This document shows positions 8,568 to 17,864 of a stretch of DNA of 64,000 nt, piece after piece. Position numbers and translations under genes: made by a program. The stretch covers positions 169,072-233,071 of the forward strand of contig DATMPA010000022.1 of assembly GCA_035567915.1 (NCBI GenBank), read 5' to 3'. Origin of the DNA: Candidatus Sulfotelmatobacter sp. (lineage in GTDB: Bacteria > Acidobacteriota > Terriglobia > Acidiferrales > UBA7541). The stretch's first letter is position 1, and each line of letters starts with the position of its first letter. The notes under the pieces are model-generated. The model made no database searches, was not told the DNA's origin, and saw only the letters and a list, made by a program, of their open reading frames with translations.

Positions 8568-9977
8568 ATGAGGGAGGGCGGCTGTACCAGCCGTTTCTTT
8601 CTATCTGTATTTTTTGGATGTGCTCTGGTTTTTTCCGGAGCGGCAACGCAGGCTGCGGGCGCAAATTCAGAAAGCAAATGCAAAGAAATTCTCGTCGCTC
8701 AGGAAAAACCCACGGTTGATCCGCCAACCACACAGAGCGCTGAGCCTGCCAGCAATCCGCCAGTCATCCAGGCAAAAACGGAAACGGAACAGTACACGCT
8801 GTCCCACGAGCGCTACGAAAAGGCGGTTGCCTATTCGCGCGCGGGTTACACGTTGTATTTCATTTCAATCGTTTTGGGCCTGAGTATCGTTTGGCTCTTC
8901 CTCCGGTTTGGTATCGCTACCAAAATCCGCGATTTCGCGGAACGCCTCACGGAAAAGCGCTTCCTGCAGGGACTCGTCTTCCTTCCCATCCTGCTTTTTT
9001 CGGTAGCCTTGTTCGAATTGCCCGTGCATCTCTACTGGCACTCGCTTTCGCTCCGTTATCAGCAATCCGTTCAAGGCTGGAACTCTTGGTTTCTTGACTG
9101 GTTCAAGGAAGAGGCGTTACTCGTGGGAGTCTCGCTTGTACTTGGATTGCTTCTTTTCTTCCTGATTCGTAAAAGCCCGCGGCGTTGGTGGCTCCTTTTC
9201 TGGCTCTGCGCTCTGCCCATCTTGTTTTTCGTGTTTTTCATCAGTCCGTGGTTCATTGACCCGCTCTTCCACAAATTCGAGCCGCTAGACAAAACAAATC
9301 CCGAGCTTGTCACCGCGATCGAAAAAGTCACGCAGCGCGCGGGCTTGTCCATTCCGCGGGACAAAATGTTCTTAATGCGCGCAAGCGAAAAAACAAATCA
9401 GATTAACGCCTACGTGACTGGCATCGGCGCCTCGAAGCGCGTCGTGGTCTGGGATAACACCATCAACAAAACCACACAGGATGAAACACTTTTCATCTTC
9501 GGTCACGAAGCCGGGCATTACGTTTTGGGCCACGTTCGTAACGGATTTTTGTTTCTTGCCGTTACGTTTCTCGTCGCGACATACGTGGGTTACCGGGCGT
9601 TGCACATCTTGCTGGAGAAATGGGGCGTTGCCTGGAAGATTTACGGTCCGCAAGACTGGGCGAGCCTCGCCGTTCTGCTGTTAATCTTTGAAGCGTTTGC
9701 CTTTCTAGGAACGCCAGTCGAATCGGCTTTTTCCCGAATGCAAGAACATAACGCGGACGTTTTTGGTCTGGAGGTAATCCATGGCATCGTTCCGAACTCG
9801 GGCGAAGTCGCCGCACACGCATTTCAGGTGTTAGGCCAGGAGGACTTGTCGGATCCCAACCCGCCGCCCTTTGTAACCTTCTGGCTCTACGGGCACCCAC
9901 CGCTCGCGGACCGCCTCGTCTTTGTGCACACCTACGATCCCTGGTCAAAAGGTCAATCACCACGCTATGTGAAGTGA
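8568..9977 (+). CDS. M48 family zinc metallopeptidase (Ste24/HtpX-like) with N-terminal signal and multiple TM helices
   Basis: HExxH motif in IFGHEAGHYVLGHV. Membrane topology. Strong RBS agaggggga upstream. Confidence 0.75.
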   Translation: MREGGCTSRFFLSVFFGCALVFSGAATQAAGANSESKCKEILVAQEKPTVDPPTTQSAEPASNPPVIQAKTETEQYTLSHERYEKAVAYSRAGYTLYFISIVLGLSIVWLFLRFGIATKIRDFAERLTEKRFLQGLVFLPILLFSVALFELPVHLYWHSLSLRYQQSVQGWNSWFLDWFKEEALLVGVSLVLGLLLFFLIRKSPRRWWLLFWLCALPILFFVFFISPWFIDPLFHKFEPLDKTNPELVTAIEKVTQRAGLSIPRDKMFLMRASEKTNQINAYVTGIGASKRVVVWDNTINKTTQDETLFIFGHEAGHYVLGHVRNGFLFLAVTFLVATYVGYRALHILLEKWGVAWKIYGPQDWASLAVLLLIFEAFAFLGTPVESAFSRMQEHNADVFGLEVIHGIVPNSGEVAAHAFQVLGQEDLSDPNPPPFVTFWLYGHPPLADRLVFVHTYDPWSKGQSPRYVK

Positions 9978-9981
9978 GCTA

Positions 9982-10602
9982 CTAGTTGCCGCGTTTGCGA
10001 GCGCCATGCCGCCGGGCAAATGCCGCCACTTTGTGTCGATTGCCGCAGAGCGACATCGAGCACCAGCGTCTGCGGTGCGTGCGGGAATTGTCGTAGAAAA
10101 AAAGACTGCAAGCAGGGTTCGCGCAGAGCCGCAAACGGGTCTCTTCTCCCTCCGTAACAAGTTCCGCCGCCGACCTCGCGACCGCGGCCAGGAGCCAATC
10201 GAGGCCGCCTTCTCGCGCAATATACTCGATTCGCCAGGTGCGCGAAGCCTCGACCAGTTCATCGTGGCCCTCCGTCACGCGCAGCACCTCATTGATGGGT
10301 TCCACGGATTCGCGCGGAATTCGCTGCTTGCGGGCTAATGCGTCGAATGTCGCTCGTAGAGCGTCGCGCAGCCGTTTCGCGCGGTTGAGCAGGTCGAATG
10401 CCGCTCGTGTGTCCGTTTCGGTTAAGACTAAAAGCTCCTCTGCGCGTTCCAGGGAGACGATCCGTGTCGCCTTTAAAAACCCGATTAGCTCTTCCCAACT
10501 CAGACTATTGGAGGGGCCAGAGGCGGGTCGTGAAGGCAAATTGGCAAAATCGATGGCGAGCCGCCCGCCAACCAGCGCAATCCCTAGGACCAGGTCTGGC
10601 AT
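9982..10602 (-). CDS. ABATE-domain / CGNR zinc-finger protein
   Basis: C-terminal CANPACSLFFYDNSRTHRRRWCSMSLCGNRHKVAAFARRH is a canonical zf-CGNR. Start placed at ATG 10602 (RBS gaagg); the ORF track's longer N-terminus looks spurious. Confidence 0.7.
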   Translation of the reverse strand: MPDLVLGIALVGGRLAIDFANLPSRPASGPSNSLSWEELIGFLKATRIVSLERAEELLVLTETDTRAAFDLLNRAKRLRDALRATFDALARKQRIPRESVEPINEVLRVTEGHDELVEASRTWRIEYIAREGGLDWLLAAVARSAAELVTEGEETRLRLCANPACSLFFYDNSRTHRRRWCSMSLCGNRHKVAAFARRHGARKRGN

Positions 10603-10757
10603 GTCCGCCTTCTTCTGCAGTTTAGTGCGACGCGCCTCTAACCGGTTAAAGCTATTCGAGCGGTTAGACGACGTCAACCATTTTTTCCTTGCCGCATGGC
10701 CCTGTTTCTTCTTACCTTTCTGCGCATCCAATCGAAGAACACTATCGGTGACTAACC

Positions 10758-11570
10758 ATGAAGCTGATTTCTTCCGTTCTCGCTGTTTTTGCAATATCGC
10801 TTTTGGCTCTTTTCGCCGTTCTGCACCATACCCGAACCACGCTTGCCGAACCAATGAATCCCAACCAGCCCGTTCGCCCTGTGATTGTCGAGCTCTTTAC
10901 GTCGGAAGGCTGCTCCAGCTGCCCACCCGCGGATGCACTATTGGCCAAGCTTGATCAACAACAACATCTAGGCAACGCGGAAATCATCGCACTCGAAGAG
11001 CATGTGGACTACTGGGACCAACTCGGCTGGCGTGACCCGTTTTCTTCTGCTCAATGGACCCAGCGTCAGGAGGACTATGCGGCCTCTTTCAAAAACAATG
11101 GTGTGTACACGCCGCAAATGGTGGTGGACGGCCGCGCCGAATTCGTAGGCAGCTCAGAAAGCCAGGCTCGTTCTGCCATCGCGGACGCCGGACTTCAGCC
11201 GAAAGCGGATGTTGCGATTTCGGCTAAGGTAGCGGCACCATCGCAAGTTCAGATCAAAATTGACGTGAAAATGCTTCCCGCGCCGGCGCCGCGTGATGCG
11301 CAAGTTTGGCTCGCCGTTACGGAATCTGGACTTCATTCGAACGTGCTGCACGGGGAAAATGCCGGCGAAGACTTGCATCATGCCGCAGTTGTGCGTAGTC
11401 TGCGCAAGGTTGGAGACGCGAAGACGAGCCAGGAATCTTCGTATTCCGCCGAGCAAGAAGTACGGCTCGATACCGGCTGGAAACGGGATAATCTGAAATT
11501 TGTCGTGTTCGTGCAGGATCCAAAATCACGGCGCATTTTGGGCGCTGCTTCGGTGCACATGGTGCAATAA
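10758..11570 (+). CDS. DUF1223 family secreted thioredoxin-like protein
   Basis: Signal/TM N-terminus. ELFTSEGCSSCPPAD CxxC motif typical of DUF1223. Confidence 0.7.
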   Translation: MKLISSVLAVFAISLLALFAVLHHTRTTLAEPMNPNQPVRPVIVELFTSEGCSSCPPADALLAKLDQQQHLGNAEIIALEEHVDYWDQLGWRDPFSSAQWTQRQEDYAASFKNNGVYTPQMVVDGRAEFVGSSESQARSAIADAGLQPKADVAISAKVAAPSQVQIKIDVKMLPAPAPRDAQVWLAVTESGLHSNVLHGENAGEDLHHAAVVRSLRKVGDAKTSQESSYSAEQEVRLDTGWKRDNLKFVVFVQDPKSRRILGAASVHMVQ

Positions 11571-11600
11571 GCCCACGCTCCGAATCAGACCGGGAGCGAC

Positions 11601-12548
11601 ATGGATTTTTCAGCGGCGCCACAGCGGCAAGATGGAAGTGCTAAGGAAGTTCCACTCCTAAATCAGCCACCCCCGGTTTCCCCCAATCCCATTCTCTACA
11701 ACAGCACCGGTGAAATTCGTTCCGGCTGGCGCATTCTCACCTACTTCTCTGTGGTTTTCTTCCTCTATGCGTTGGAGTTTGTCGCTGTCGCGTTTTTCCT
11801 CCAGCGCAACCTCAGTGTGATTTTCAAGATCATTCTCGACGAATCGATGATGTTTCTAGCCGCATTCGGCGGGGCGCTCGTCATGTCACGGCTTGAATGC
11901 AGGGCAAGCGCACTCTACGGTTTGCCTCTGCGCTCCGCGTCCGGAAAGCAATTTTGCCAGGGAATGTTTCTGGGTTTCTGCGAAGTCAGTTTTCTCGTGG
12001 GCGCAATGAAGTTGTTCGGCAGCTATTCCTTTGGCAGCTTGTCGTTTCACGGCGCAAAAATTGTCCAATGGGCGCTGTTGTGGATTGTCGCTTCGATCCT
12101 CATCGCTTTGGCTGAAGAGTTCCTCTTTCGCGGTTATGTGCAATATACGTTGGCTCAAGGTATCGGCTACTGGCCCGCGGCGGTGATACTTTCCCTTTTC
12201 TTCGGCTTAGTACACCGGACAAATCCTGGCGAGAACTGGTTCGGCGTTGCCAACATTGTCTTCACAGGATTATTGTGGGCGTTCACGCTGCGGCGTACCG
12301 GCTCTCTGTGGCTGGCCGTTGGGTGGCATGCCACGTTCGATTTTGGCGAAAGTTTTCTGTACTCCGTCCCGAATAGCGGCGGAGTTTTCGAAGGTCATCT
12401 ATCGAATGCCACGATTGCTCACGGTCGCACTTGGCTCACAGGCGGTGATGTAGGCCCGGAAGCAAGCGTCCTCGCCTTTGTTACTCTCGCAATCGGAGCC
12501 ATCTTCGTTCATTTTTGGTTTCCGGCAGAACCAAAAACGCGAAATTGA
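11601..12548 (+). CDS. CPBP family intramembrane metalloprotease (CAAX protease/Abi-like)
   Basis: Motifs EEFLFRGY (E-E-x3-R) and FGLVH, plus a conserved His, in a polytopic membrane protein. Confidence 0.7.
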   Translation: MDFSAAPQRQDGSAKEVPLLNQPPPVSPNPILYNSTGEIRSGWRILTYFSVVFFLYALEFVAVAFFLQRNLSVIFKIILDESMMFLAAFGGALVMSRLECRASALYGLPLRSASGKQFCQGMFLGFCEVSFLVGAMKLFGSYSFGSLSFHGAKIVQWALLWIVASILIALAEEFLFRGYVQYTLAQGIGYWPAAVILSLFFGLVHRTNPGENWFGVANIVFTGLLWAFTLRRTGSLWLAVGWHATFDFGESFLYSVPNSGGVFEGHLSNATIAHGRTWLTGGDVGPEASVLAFVTLAIGAIFVHFWFPAEPKTRN

Positions 12549-12566
12549 CTTGTCGCGTCTTCGCCG

Positions 12567-13730
12567 TCAGTCGACGAGCTCAGACGCGAAAACGAGCCGT
12601 ACTCCCTTCGCGCGCGCCGTGGGCAAAAACTCCCGCAATGCTTTCAGCGTCTCCGGATGCGGATGCCCGATGGCGATAGCGGCTTTCTTTTCTTTCGCCC
12701 CGCGCAACGCAAACTCCAGTTGTTTGCGAATCGCGGCCGCGTCTTGCACATCATCGAGAAAAGGCACGTTGCGAAACGCAGCAGGAACGCCGTCCCGTTT
12801 CGCCGCGTCAAACGCCACGGTCGCTGCTGTCGTGCGGCTGTCCACGTAAAACAAATTCCAGTTTCGCAGCGCGGGCATTAACTTTCCCATGAGAACCGGA
12901 TCGGATGTCGCTTGCGATCCTTGATGATTGTTCACTCCGACCGCGTTCGGCACGGACTCGATCATTTCTCCAACCATCGTTTGAACTTGCTGGCTTGTCA
13001 TCCCAGGTTTCAACTCTTCCTTTTCCGGCGATTCGTTTGCAACGGACTGCATCGGCAGGTGCAGCATCACTTGATAACCTCGTTGCAGCGCTTCTTCCGC
13101 GATCTCCTTTGAATGCTCATGATTCGGCAAAATGGAAATAGTCAGCGGGCATTGCATTCCGAAAACCGTTTCCGCCGCCGGCCGGTCGCTTCCAAAGTCA
13201 TCCAGAATGATCGCCAGCTTCGGCGCATCTTCGTTCAAGCCTTCGTTCTGCTCCCGTGGCTTGTGCACAAAGCGAATCTTCACGGACTGCGTCGTGCGGG
13301 AGCCAGAATGAAAGGAAATCGAAGTGTATTCTTCCTTGTCGTTTCTTTTTCCGGCTTGCAACTTGTGCCGCACCGCAACGCCTTCCAGTGCGCCGACCAC
13401 GCTTTCCAATTCCTTTTTTTTGTCTGCGGCAGCAGCTTCCGTGAAGAGAGTTATTTCGAGCCAATCTGGTAGATTTGGCTCTTTCTGAGAGGCCTGCATT
13501 TTCATCCGTACGACCGTGCCCGCCGGCGTGGATTCCCTCGCGGCAGCCGCAAGTTCTCGTGTGATGATGTGAATAGCGGCCGCGTCAGGCTTCAAGGTGG
13601 GACGCGGCTTCTGGCAGGCGCATAGGAAAAGCAGCGCCAAAAAGAAGAAAGAACCAGTTCTTCGCCGGCTCAGTCTAGGATTTTTATGAGAATTTCCGCA
13701 GTTTAAGTAAGAAGACGCCGGCAGCGGCAC
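12567..13730 (-). CDS. Divergent polysaccharide deacetylase (YibQ-like) family protein with N-terminal extension
   Basis: LAIILDDFG...NNHQGS motifs characteristic of the YibQ/PF04748 family. Signal peptide/lipobox-like N-terminus (LLFLCAC). Confidence 0.7.
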   Translation of the reverse strand: MPLPASSYLNCGNSHKNPRLSRRRTGSFFFLALLFLCACQKPRPTLKPDAAAIHIITRELAAAARESTPAGTVVRMKMQASQKEPNLPDWLEITLFTEAAAADKKKELESVVGALEGVAVRHKLQAGKRNDKEEYTSISFHSGSRTTQSVKIRFVHKPREQNEGLNEDAPKLAIILDDFGSDRPAAETVFGMQCPLTISILPNHEHSKEIAEEALQRGYQVMLHLPMQSVANESPEKEELKPGMTSQQVQTMVGEMIESVPNAVGVNNHQGSQATSDPVLMGKLMPALRNWNLFYVDSRTTAATVAFDAAKRDGVPAAFRNVPFLDDVQDAAAIRKQLEFALRGAKEKKAAIAIGHPHPETLKALREFLPTARAKGVRLVFASELVD

Positions 13731-13736
13731 AAAGAA

Positions 13737-14975
13737 TTACGCCGCTTTCTTTGCCGGAGTCTTGAAGAGCTCGATGGCCTTCTTCAGCAGCGGATCATCG
13801 GGAGATAGCGGCTTAACCGGAGTTTGCGTTTGCGGCCCGGTCGTGGTCGTTGTGGCGTCGCCATCATCGCTGCCATCGCTGTTATCGGCCGCTGACGCGC
13901 GGACCACTTCTGAAGGAACGACGCCTTCATCCAGAATCGATTTTCCGCTTGCGTTGTAATAGTTCGCGACCGTCAAAATCAGCGCCGCGCCATCATCGAG
14001 CGTGATCAGTTTTTGCTCGGAGGCTAGTCCAAACGTGCGCTCGCCGATCAACTCGCCGCGCTTGCTCATTTCCAGGGCAGAAGCCAGCACTTCCGCTGCT
14101 CCGGAAGTTGTCCCATCCATCAAGATCGAAACAGGCCCTTTCCAGGCGACCTTGCTTGGCTCTGCGGAAAATACCTGAGGTGAAACCGTTTGGCCGCGCA
14201 GTGTAGCGAGCGGGCCGCTCGTTACAAACAAGCGCGCCGTGGCTATTCCTTCCGATACTGGTCCTCGTCCGCAATTCCGCAAATCCAAAACTATTTTATG
14301 AACGCCCTGTTTTTCAGCCTCCGCCAGCCGCGCGCGCAACTCCTCTGCGCGCCCCGCTTCCAGCGTCGGAATTCGAAACGCGACAACATCGGAATCTACT
14401 TTCTGCACTTGCAGTTTCGCCGGCATCAATTTTTCGCGAACCAGATCCACAGATTCCGGTTCCGCTTTGCCGCTTCGAATCACGCCAACCTTTATGCTCG
14501 TCCCCGGCTGCCCGCGAAGCAGATTCAGCGCCTGCCCTACCGACATTTCCCGCGTCGTGAACCCGGCAACCGATTCCAGAAAATCTCCGCTGCGGATACC
14601 CGCTTTTTCCGCGGGACTCTCGGGCACGACGGAAACCGCAACGATGTAGCCGGAGCGCTTGCTCATCGTCAGCCCGGTCTCTGCTGTAGCGTTGCTTGCG
14701 AGTTTTTGTTTGTATTCCGCGTACTCGCGCGGAGTCAGATAACTGGATTGCGGATCAAGCGATTCCAGCAATCCATGCAGCGAACCAGCGGTCACCAAGG
14801 GGATATTGGGGTCGTCCACATAGTCGTTCTGAATCTTTTGCAACACTTCGCCGTACACGGTCAGAGACTTGTACGCACGGTCATCCGGCGTCCTGCCGAG
14901 GACGTGGCCCAAACCCGCATAACAGAAGATGACTACGGAGATGGCTATGACCCCAATTCGAGCCGCTCGATTCAT
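13737..14975 (-). CDS. ctpA: C-terminal processing peptidase, S41 family (PDZ + peptidase)
   Basis: PDZ region (GIRSGDFLESVAG) and S41 catalytic region (TSGAAEVLASAL, K further on). 4-nt intergenic gap to the YibQ-like gene, so co-operonic. Confidence 0.8.
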   Translation of the reverse strand: MNRAARIGVIAISVVIFCYAGLGHVLGRTPDDRAYKSLTVYGEVLQKIQNDYVDDPNIPLVTAGSLHGLLESLDPQSSYLTPREYAEYKQKLASNATAETGLTMSKRSGYIVAVSVVPESPAEKAGIRSGDFLESVAGFTTREMSVGQALNLLRGQPGTSIKVGVIRSGKAEPESVDLVREKLMPAKLQVQKVDSDVVAFRIPTLEAGRAEELRARLAEAEKQGVHKIVLDLRNCGRGPVSEGIATARLFVTSGPLATLRGQTVSPQVFSAEPSKVAWKGPVSILMDGTTSGAAEVLASALEMSKRGELIGERTFGLASEQKLITLDDGAALILTVANYYNASGKSILDEGVVPSEVVRASAADNSDGSDDGDATTTTTGPQTQTPVKPLSPDDPLLKKAIELFKTPAKKAA

Positions 14976-15221
14976 TTACGCACCATCCTTCGCGAATCTC
15001 TCCCAGTATAGCACTCCAAGTATTGGACGCAGAAGCTACGTTCAAAGGAAGCCTGTTTCAAACTGCAGCGGAGGCACAGTATCCGAACCACGCCTGATTC
15101 GAGAAGTGTTGCGCGATTACCACACCAGAACTCTTTGCGCACAAAACAAGTCATGTAACTAGCTGAAAACAAAGCACAAAATGGCTCCACTCTGGCCATC
15201 AATTTGCTAAAATAGGAGTGT

Positions 15222-16130
15222 ATGTTCCAAACTACCATCCAGCGCGAAGTCAGCACGGAGGGTGTAGGCCTTCACACCGGTGTTTTCGGCCACGTGCGCC
15301 TGGTGCCCGCCCCTGCCGATACCGGTATCGTTTTCCGGCGTACGGACCTCGACAATTTCATCATCGAAGCACGCGGCAAAAACGTCGCCCGCGTTAGCTA
15401 CGCGACCAGCTTGATGAAGCAGGGCGTTTTGCTTTCTACCACGGAGCACCTTCTGGCTGCGATCTATTCCTGTGGCATAGACAACGTCTTCATCAACATA
15501 GATTCCATCGAAGTGCCAATTCTGGATGGTTCCGCCGATCCCTTCATGCATATGTTGGAGCAGGCCGGTGTCCGGCGTTTGCGCAAGCGTCGCCGCTACT
15601 TGAAAGTTCTTAAGCCGCTCGAGGTGGTTGAAGACGGCCGCCGCATCGGCATTTATCCCGCCGACGAATTCTTGGTGAAATGCTTCGTGGATTTTCCGCA
15701 TCCGCTGGTCGGACGTCAGGAAATTGAAATGAGTGTGAGCCAGGAAAGTTTTCGCCGTCTTCTGGCGCGCGCTCGCACGTTCTGTTTCGAGCGCGAAATA
15801 GAGCCGCTTCGCGCCATGGGCCTTATCCGTGGCGGTTCGCTCGAAAACGCAATCGTCCTCACGAACGACGGCGTAATGAACGGCCCGCTCCGCTTCGATG
15901 ATGAATTTGGCCGCCACAAAGCGCTGGACCTGATCGGCGACTTAGCTCTTGTCGGGTTGCCTCTGTTGGCGCGCGTGGAAGCGCACAGAGCGGGCCACGC
16001 GTTACACACGCAGCTTGTCAGCCGTTTGCTTGAGGACACTTCTCTTTGGACGGTTACGACGGAAGACGGAATGCCAGCCGAGCATACTCACTGCGCTGCA
16101 TCGCCGGAACAAGTTCCCGCCGCGGACTGA
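15222..16130 (+). CDS. lpxC: UDP-3-O-acyl-N-acetylglucosamine deacetylase
   Basis: 302 aa. N-terminus MFQTTIQREVSTEGVGLHTGVFGHVRLVPAPADTGIVFRRTDL is typical LpxC, with His/Asp zinc ligands downstream. Confidence 0.85.
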   Translation: MFQTTIQREVSTEGVGLHTGVFGHVRLVPAPADTGIVFRRTDLDNFIIEARGKNVARVSYATSLMKQGVLLSTTEHLLAAIYSCGIDNVFINIDSIEVPILDGSADPFMHMLEQAGVRRLRKRRRYLKVLKPLEVVEDGRRIGIYPADEFLVKCFVDFPHPLVGRQEIEMSVSQESFRRLLARARTFCFEREIEPLRAMGLIRGGSLENAIVLTNDGVMNGPLRFDDEFGRHKALDLIGDLALVGLPLLARVEAHRAGHALHTQLVSRLLEDTSLWTVTTEDGMPAEHTHCAASPEQVPAAD

Positions 16131-16200
16131 ATTGCGATCCGCGCATTTCGACCCTCATCTGTTACTTACCCTTTGATACGGACGTGATAACATCTGCTGG

Positions 16201-16935
16201 TTGGAGACCGTCGCTGTGGTTACCGCACAAAATACCGCTATTTATGGTTCCAAGGACCCGCGCGAACTGCCGGTGTATTCATTGGCTGAAGCTGCAAGAT
16301 ATTTGAGAATGCCAGTTCCCACGCTCCGGTCATGGATTGCCGGCCGCAACTATCCTGTAAAGGCTGGATCGCATTTTTTCAAACCGACAATTCTTCTCCC
16401 CAGAGGAGAAAGAAGTCTTCTCTCCTTTGTCAATCTGGTTGAGGCGCATGTTTTGGATGCCATCCGGCGGCAGCACAACGTTTCGTTCTCGAAGGTTCGA
16501 CAAGCGATCCAATTTCTTCGGAAAGAATTTGATTCCCAGCATCCGCTTGCAGACCATCGAATTGAAACCGACGGAAAGGACTTGTTTGTCGAGAAACTAG
16601 GAAAGCTCATTACTATCACTCGCGACGGACAATTGGCGATGAGAGAGATTTTGGACGCTCATCTTCGGAGAGTGGAATGGAGCAGAGACGGTCAGGCAGC
16701 CCGCCTGTATCCATTTACGAGGAAGCGAGACGCAAATGAGCCTCGGGTTATAGTGATTGATCCGAGGCGCTCTTTTGGGCGTCCCGTGCTGGTCGGTACT
16801 GGAATCCCCACTGCAATTGTGGCCGAGCGGTACAAAGCAGGGGAGACAGTTGATCAGCTTGCGGACGATTACGGGCGAGCGAGATTAGAGATAGAAGAAG
16901 CCATTCGCTGTGAGCTCTTCCTCGAAGCCGCCTGA
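16201..16935 (+). CDS. HTH + DUF433 (COG2442) protein, putative antitoxin/regulator component
   Basis: C-terminal RVIVIDPRRSFGRPVLVGTGIPTAIVAERYKAGETVDQLADDYG...EIEEAIRCEL matches the DUF433 fold. N-terminus carries a MerR/excisionase-like HTH (YSLAEAARYLRMPVPTLRSWI). Start uncertain: TTG 16201, or GTG 16273 which gives MYSLAEAARYL. Confidence 0.6.
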   Translation: METVAVVTAQNTAIYGSKDPRELPVYSLAEAARYLRMPVPTLRSWIAGRNYPVKAGSHFFKPTILLPRGERSLLSFVNLVEAHVLDAIRRQHNVSFSKVRQAIQFLRKEFDSQHPLADHRIETDGKDLFVEKLGKLITITRDGQLAMREILDAHLRRVEWSRDGQAARLYPFTRKRDANEPRVIVIDPRRSFGRPVLVGTGIPTAIVAERYKAGETVDQLADDYGRARLEIEEAIRCELFLEAA

Positions 16936-17368
16936 GCGTCCGGTTTTTTTCATTGATCGGTCGCTTGGCAAAAATGTTATTTCGCAAGCTCTACGCAATG
17001 CCCATTGCGAAGTTAAAGTCCACGACGAATTGTTTCCACAGGACGCGCCTGATGAAGAATGGCTTCGCGAGGTTGGGCGAAACGGCTGGATAGTCTTAAC
17101 CAAGGATAAGAATATCCGTTTCCGTGAACTCGAAAAGCAAGCACTAATTTCGAGTAAAGCCAGGGCATTCGTGCTGACCGCTCGTGACGTAACGGGTCCT
17201 GAGATGGCAGAGATATTTGTGAAAGCGCTGCCCAAGATGTTGAGAATTCTGGAACGAACACCGGGACCATTTTTGGCACGAGTCACCCGAGGCGGTCAAG
17301 TCGATCTGTTGGAGATAAGATCTCTCAACAAGACGCCTGGCAGGAAAAAGGGCAATACCCTCAGCTAA
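16910..17368 (+). CDS. DUF5615 (COG4634) PIN-like domain protein, putative toxin component
   Basis: FFIDRSLGKNVISQALRNAHCEVKVHDELF...DEEWLREVGRNGWIVLTKDKNIRF matches the DUF5615 pattern (xFLxDENL...DxEil..A..egriLvTkDkDF). Overlaps the upstream DUF433 gene by 26 nt. Confidence 0.6.
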   Translation: MSSSSKPPERPVFFIDRSLGKNVISQALRNAHCEVKVHDELFPQDAPDEEWLREVGRNGWIVLTKDKNIRFRELEKQALISSKARAFVLTARDVTGPEMAEIFVKALPKMLRILERTPGPFLARVTRGGQVDLLEIRSLNKTPGRKKGNTLS

Positions 17369-17837
17369 GTTCTGAGGGGATTTGCATGCAGCCCAGTTCG
17401 TTTCTAATGGGGTCGGCACGCATCACGTGCTGTGAGGTGGACTTTTCTGCCGGCTTTTCTCGCTGCTTGTCTTTTTCGGTCATCAAGCCTATTACAACGA
17501 GTCCAATCATCAGCACCATCGTGCCTATGCCAACCCAGCCCAGCACGATTCCCGCCGTCGCCATGCCATTACCATCGAGCGGTTTTTCGGAACGCTGAAT
17601 CTCTCGCTTCGCCAAATAGCCGAAAACCAAAGCCAGAATCGACCCCAACCAGTATATCCACAAAATCCCCAGAACCAGGCTCGCGATTGCCATGCCGCTT
17701 GTCTGTCGTGCCAGCTGCGGAGGAAGCGTCGGATTGCCCGCAAATGCAGGTGGAGGCGGCACAAGCCAGTTCTGGCAGAAGCGGCATTTGATCGCTTCAT
17801 CCTGAATTGCTTGCAGGCAAAAAGGGCAATTCTTCAT
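17361..17837 (-). CDS. Zinc-ribbon + DUF4190 membrane protein
   Basis: N-terminal CPFC...CRFC zinc ribbon, Pro-rich linker, then two TM helices of the DUF4190 type (MAIASLVLGILWIYWLGSILALVFGYLA...GNGMATAGIVLGWVGI). Confidence 0.55.
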   Translation of the reverse strand: MKNCPFCLQAIQDEAIKCRFCQNWLVPPPPAFAGNPTLPPQLARQTSGMAIASLVLGILWIYWLGSILALVFGYLAKREIQRSEKPLDGNGMATAGIVLGWVGIGTMVLMIGLVVIGLMTEKDKQREKPAEKSTSQHVMRADPIRNELGCMQIPSELS

Positions 17838-17864
17838 GGGCGACTCATGTGTATGCCAATCGGC

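Noticed and set aside
14190-15011. 273-aa plus-strand ORF antisense to ctpA
   Set aside because: Arg/Phe/Gln-rich, no RBS, overlaps the S41 peptidase gene entirely.
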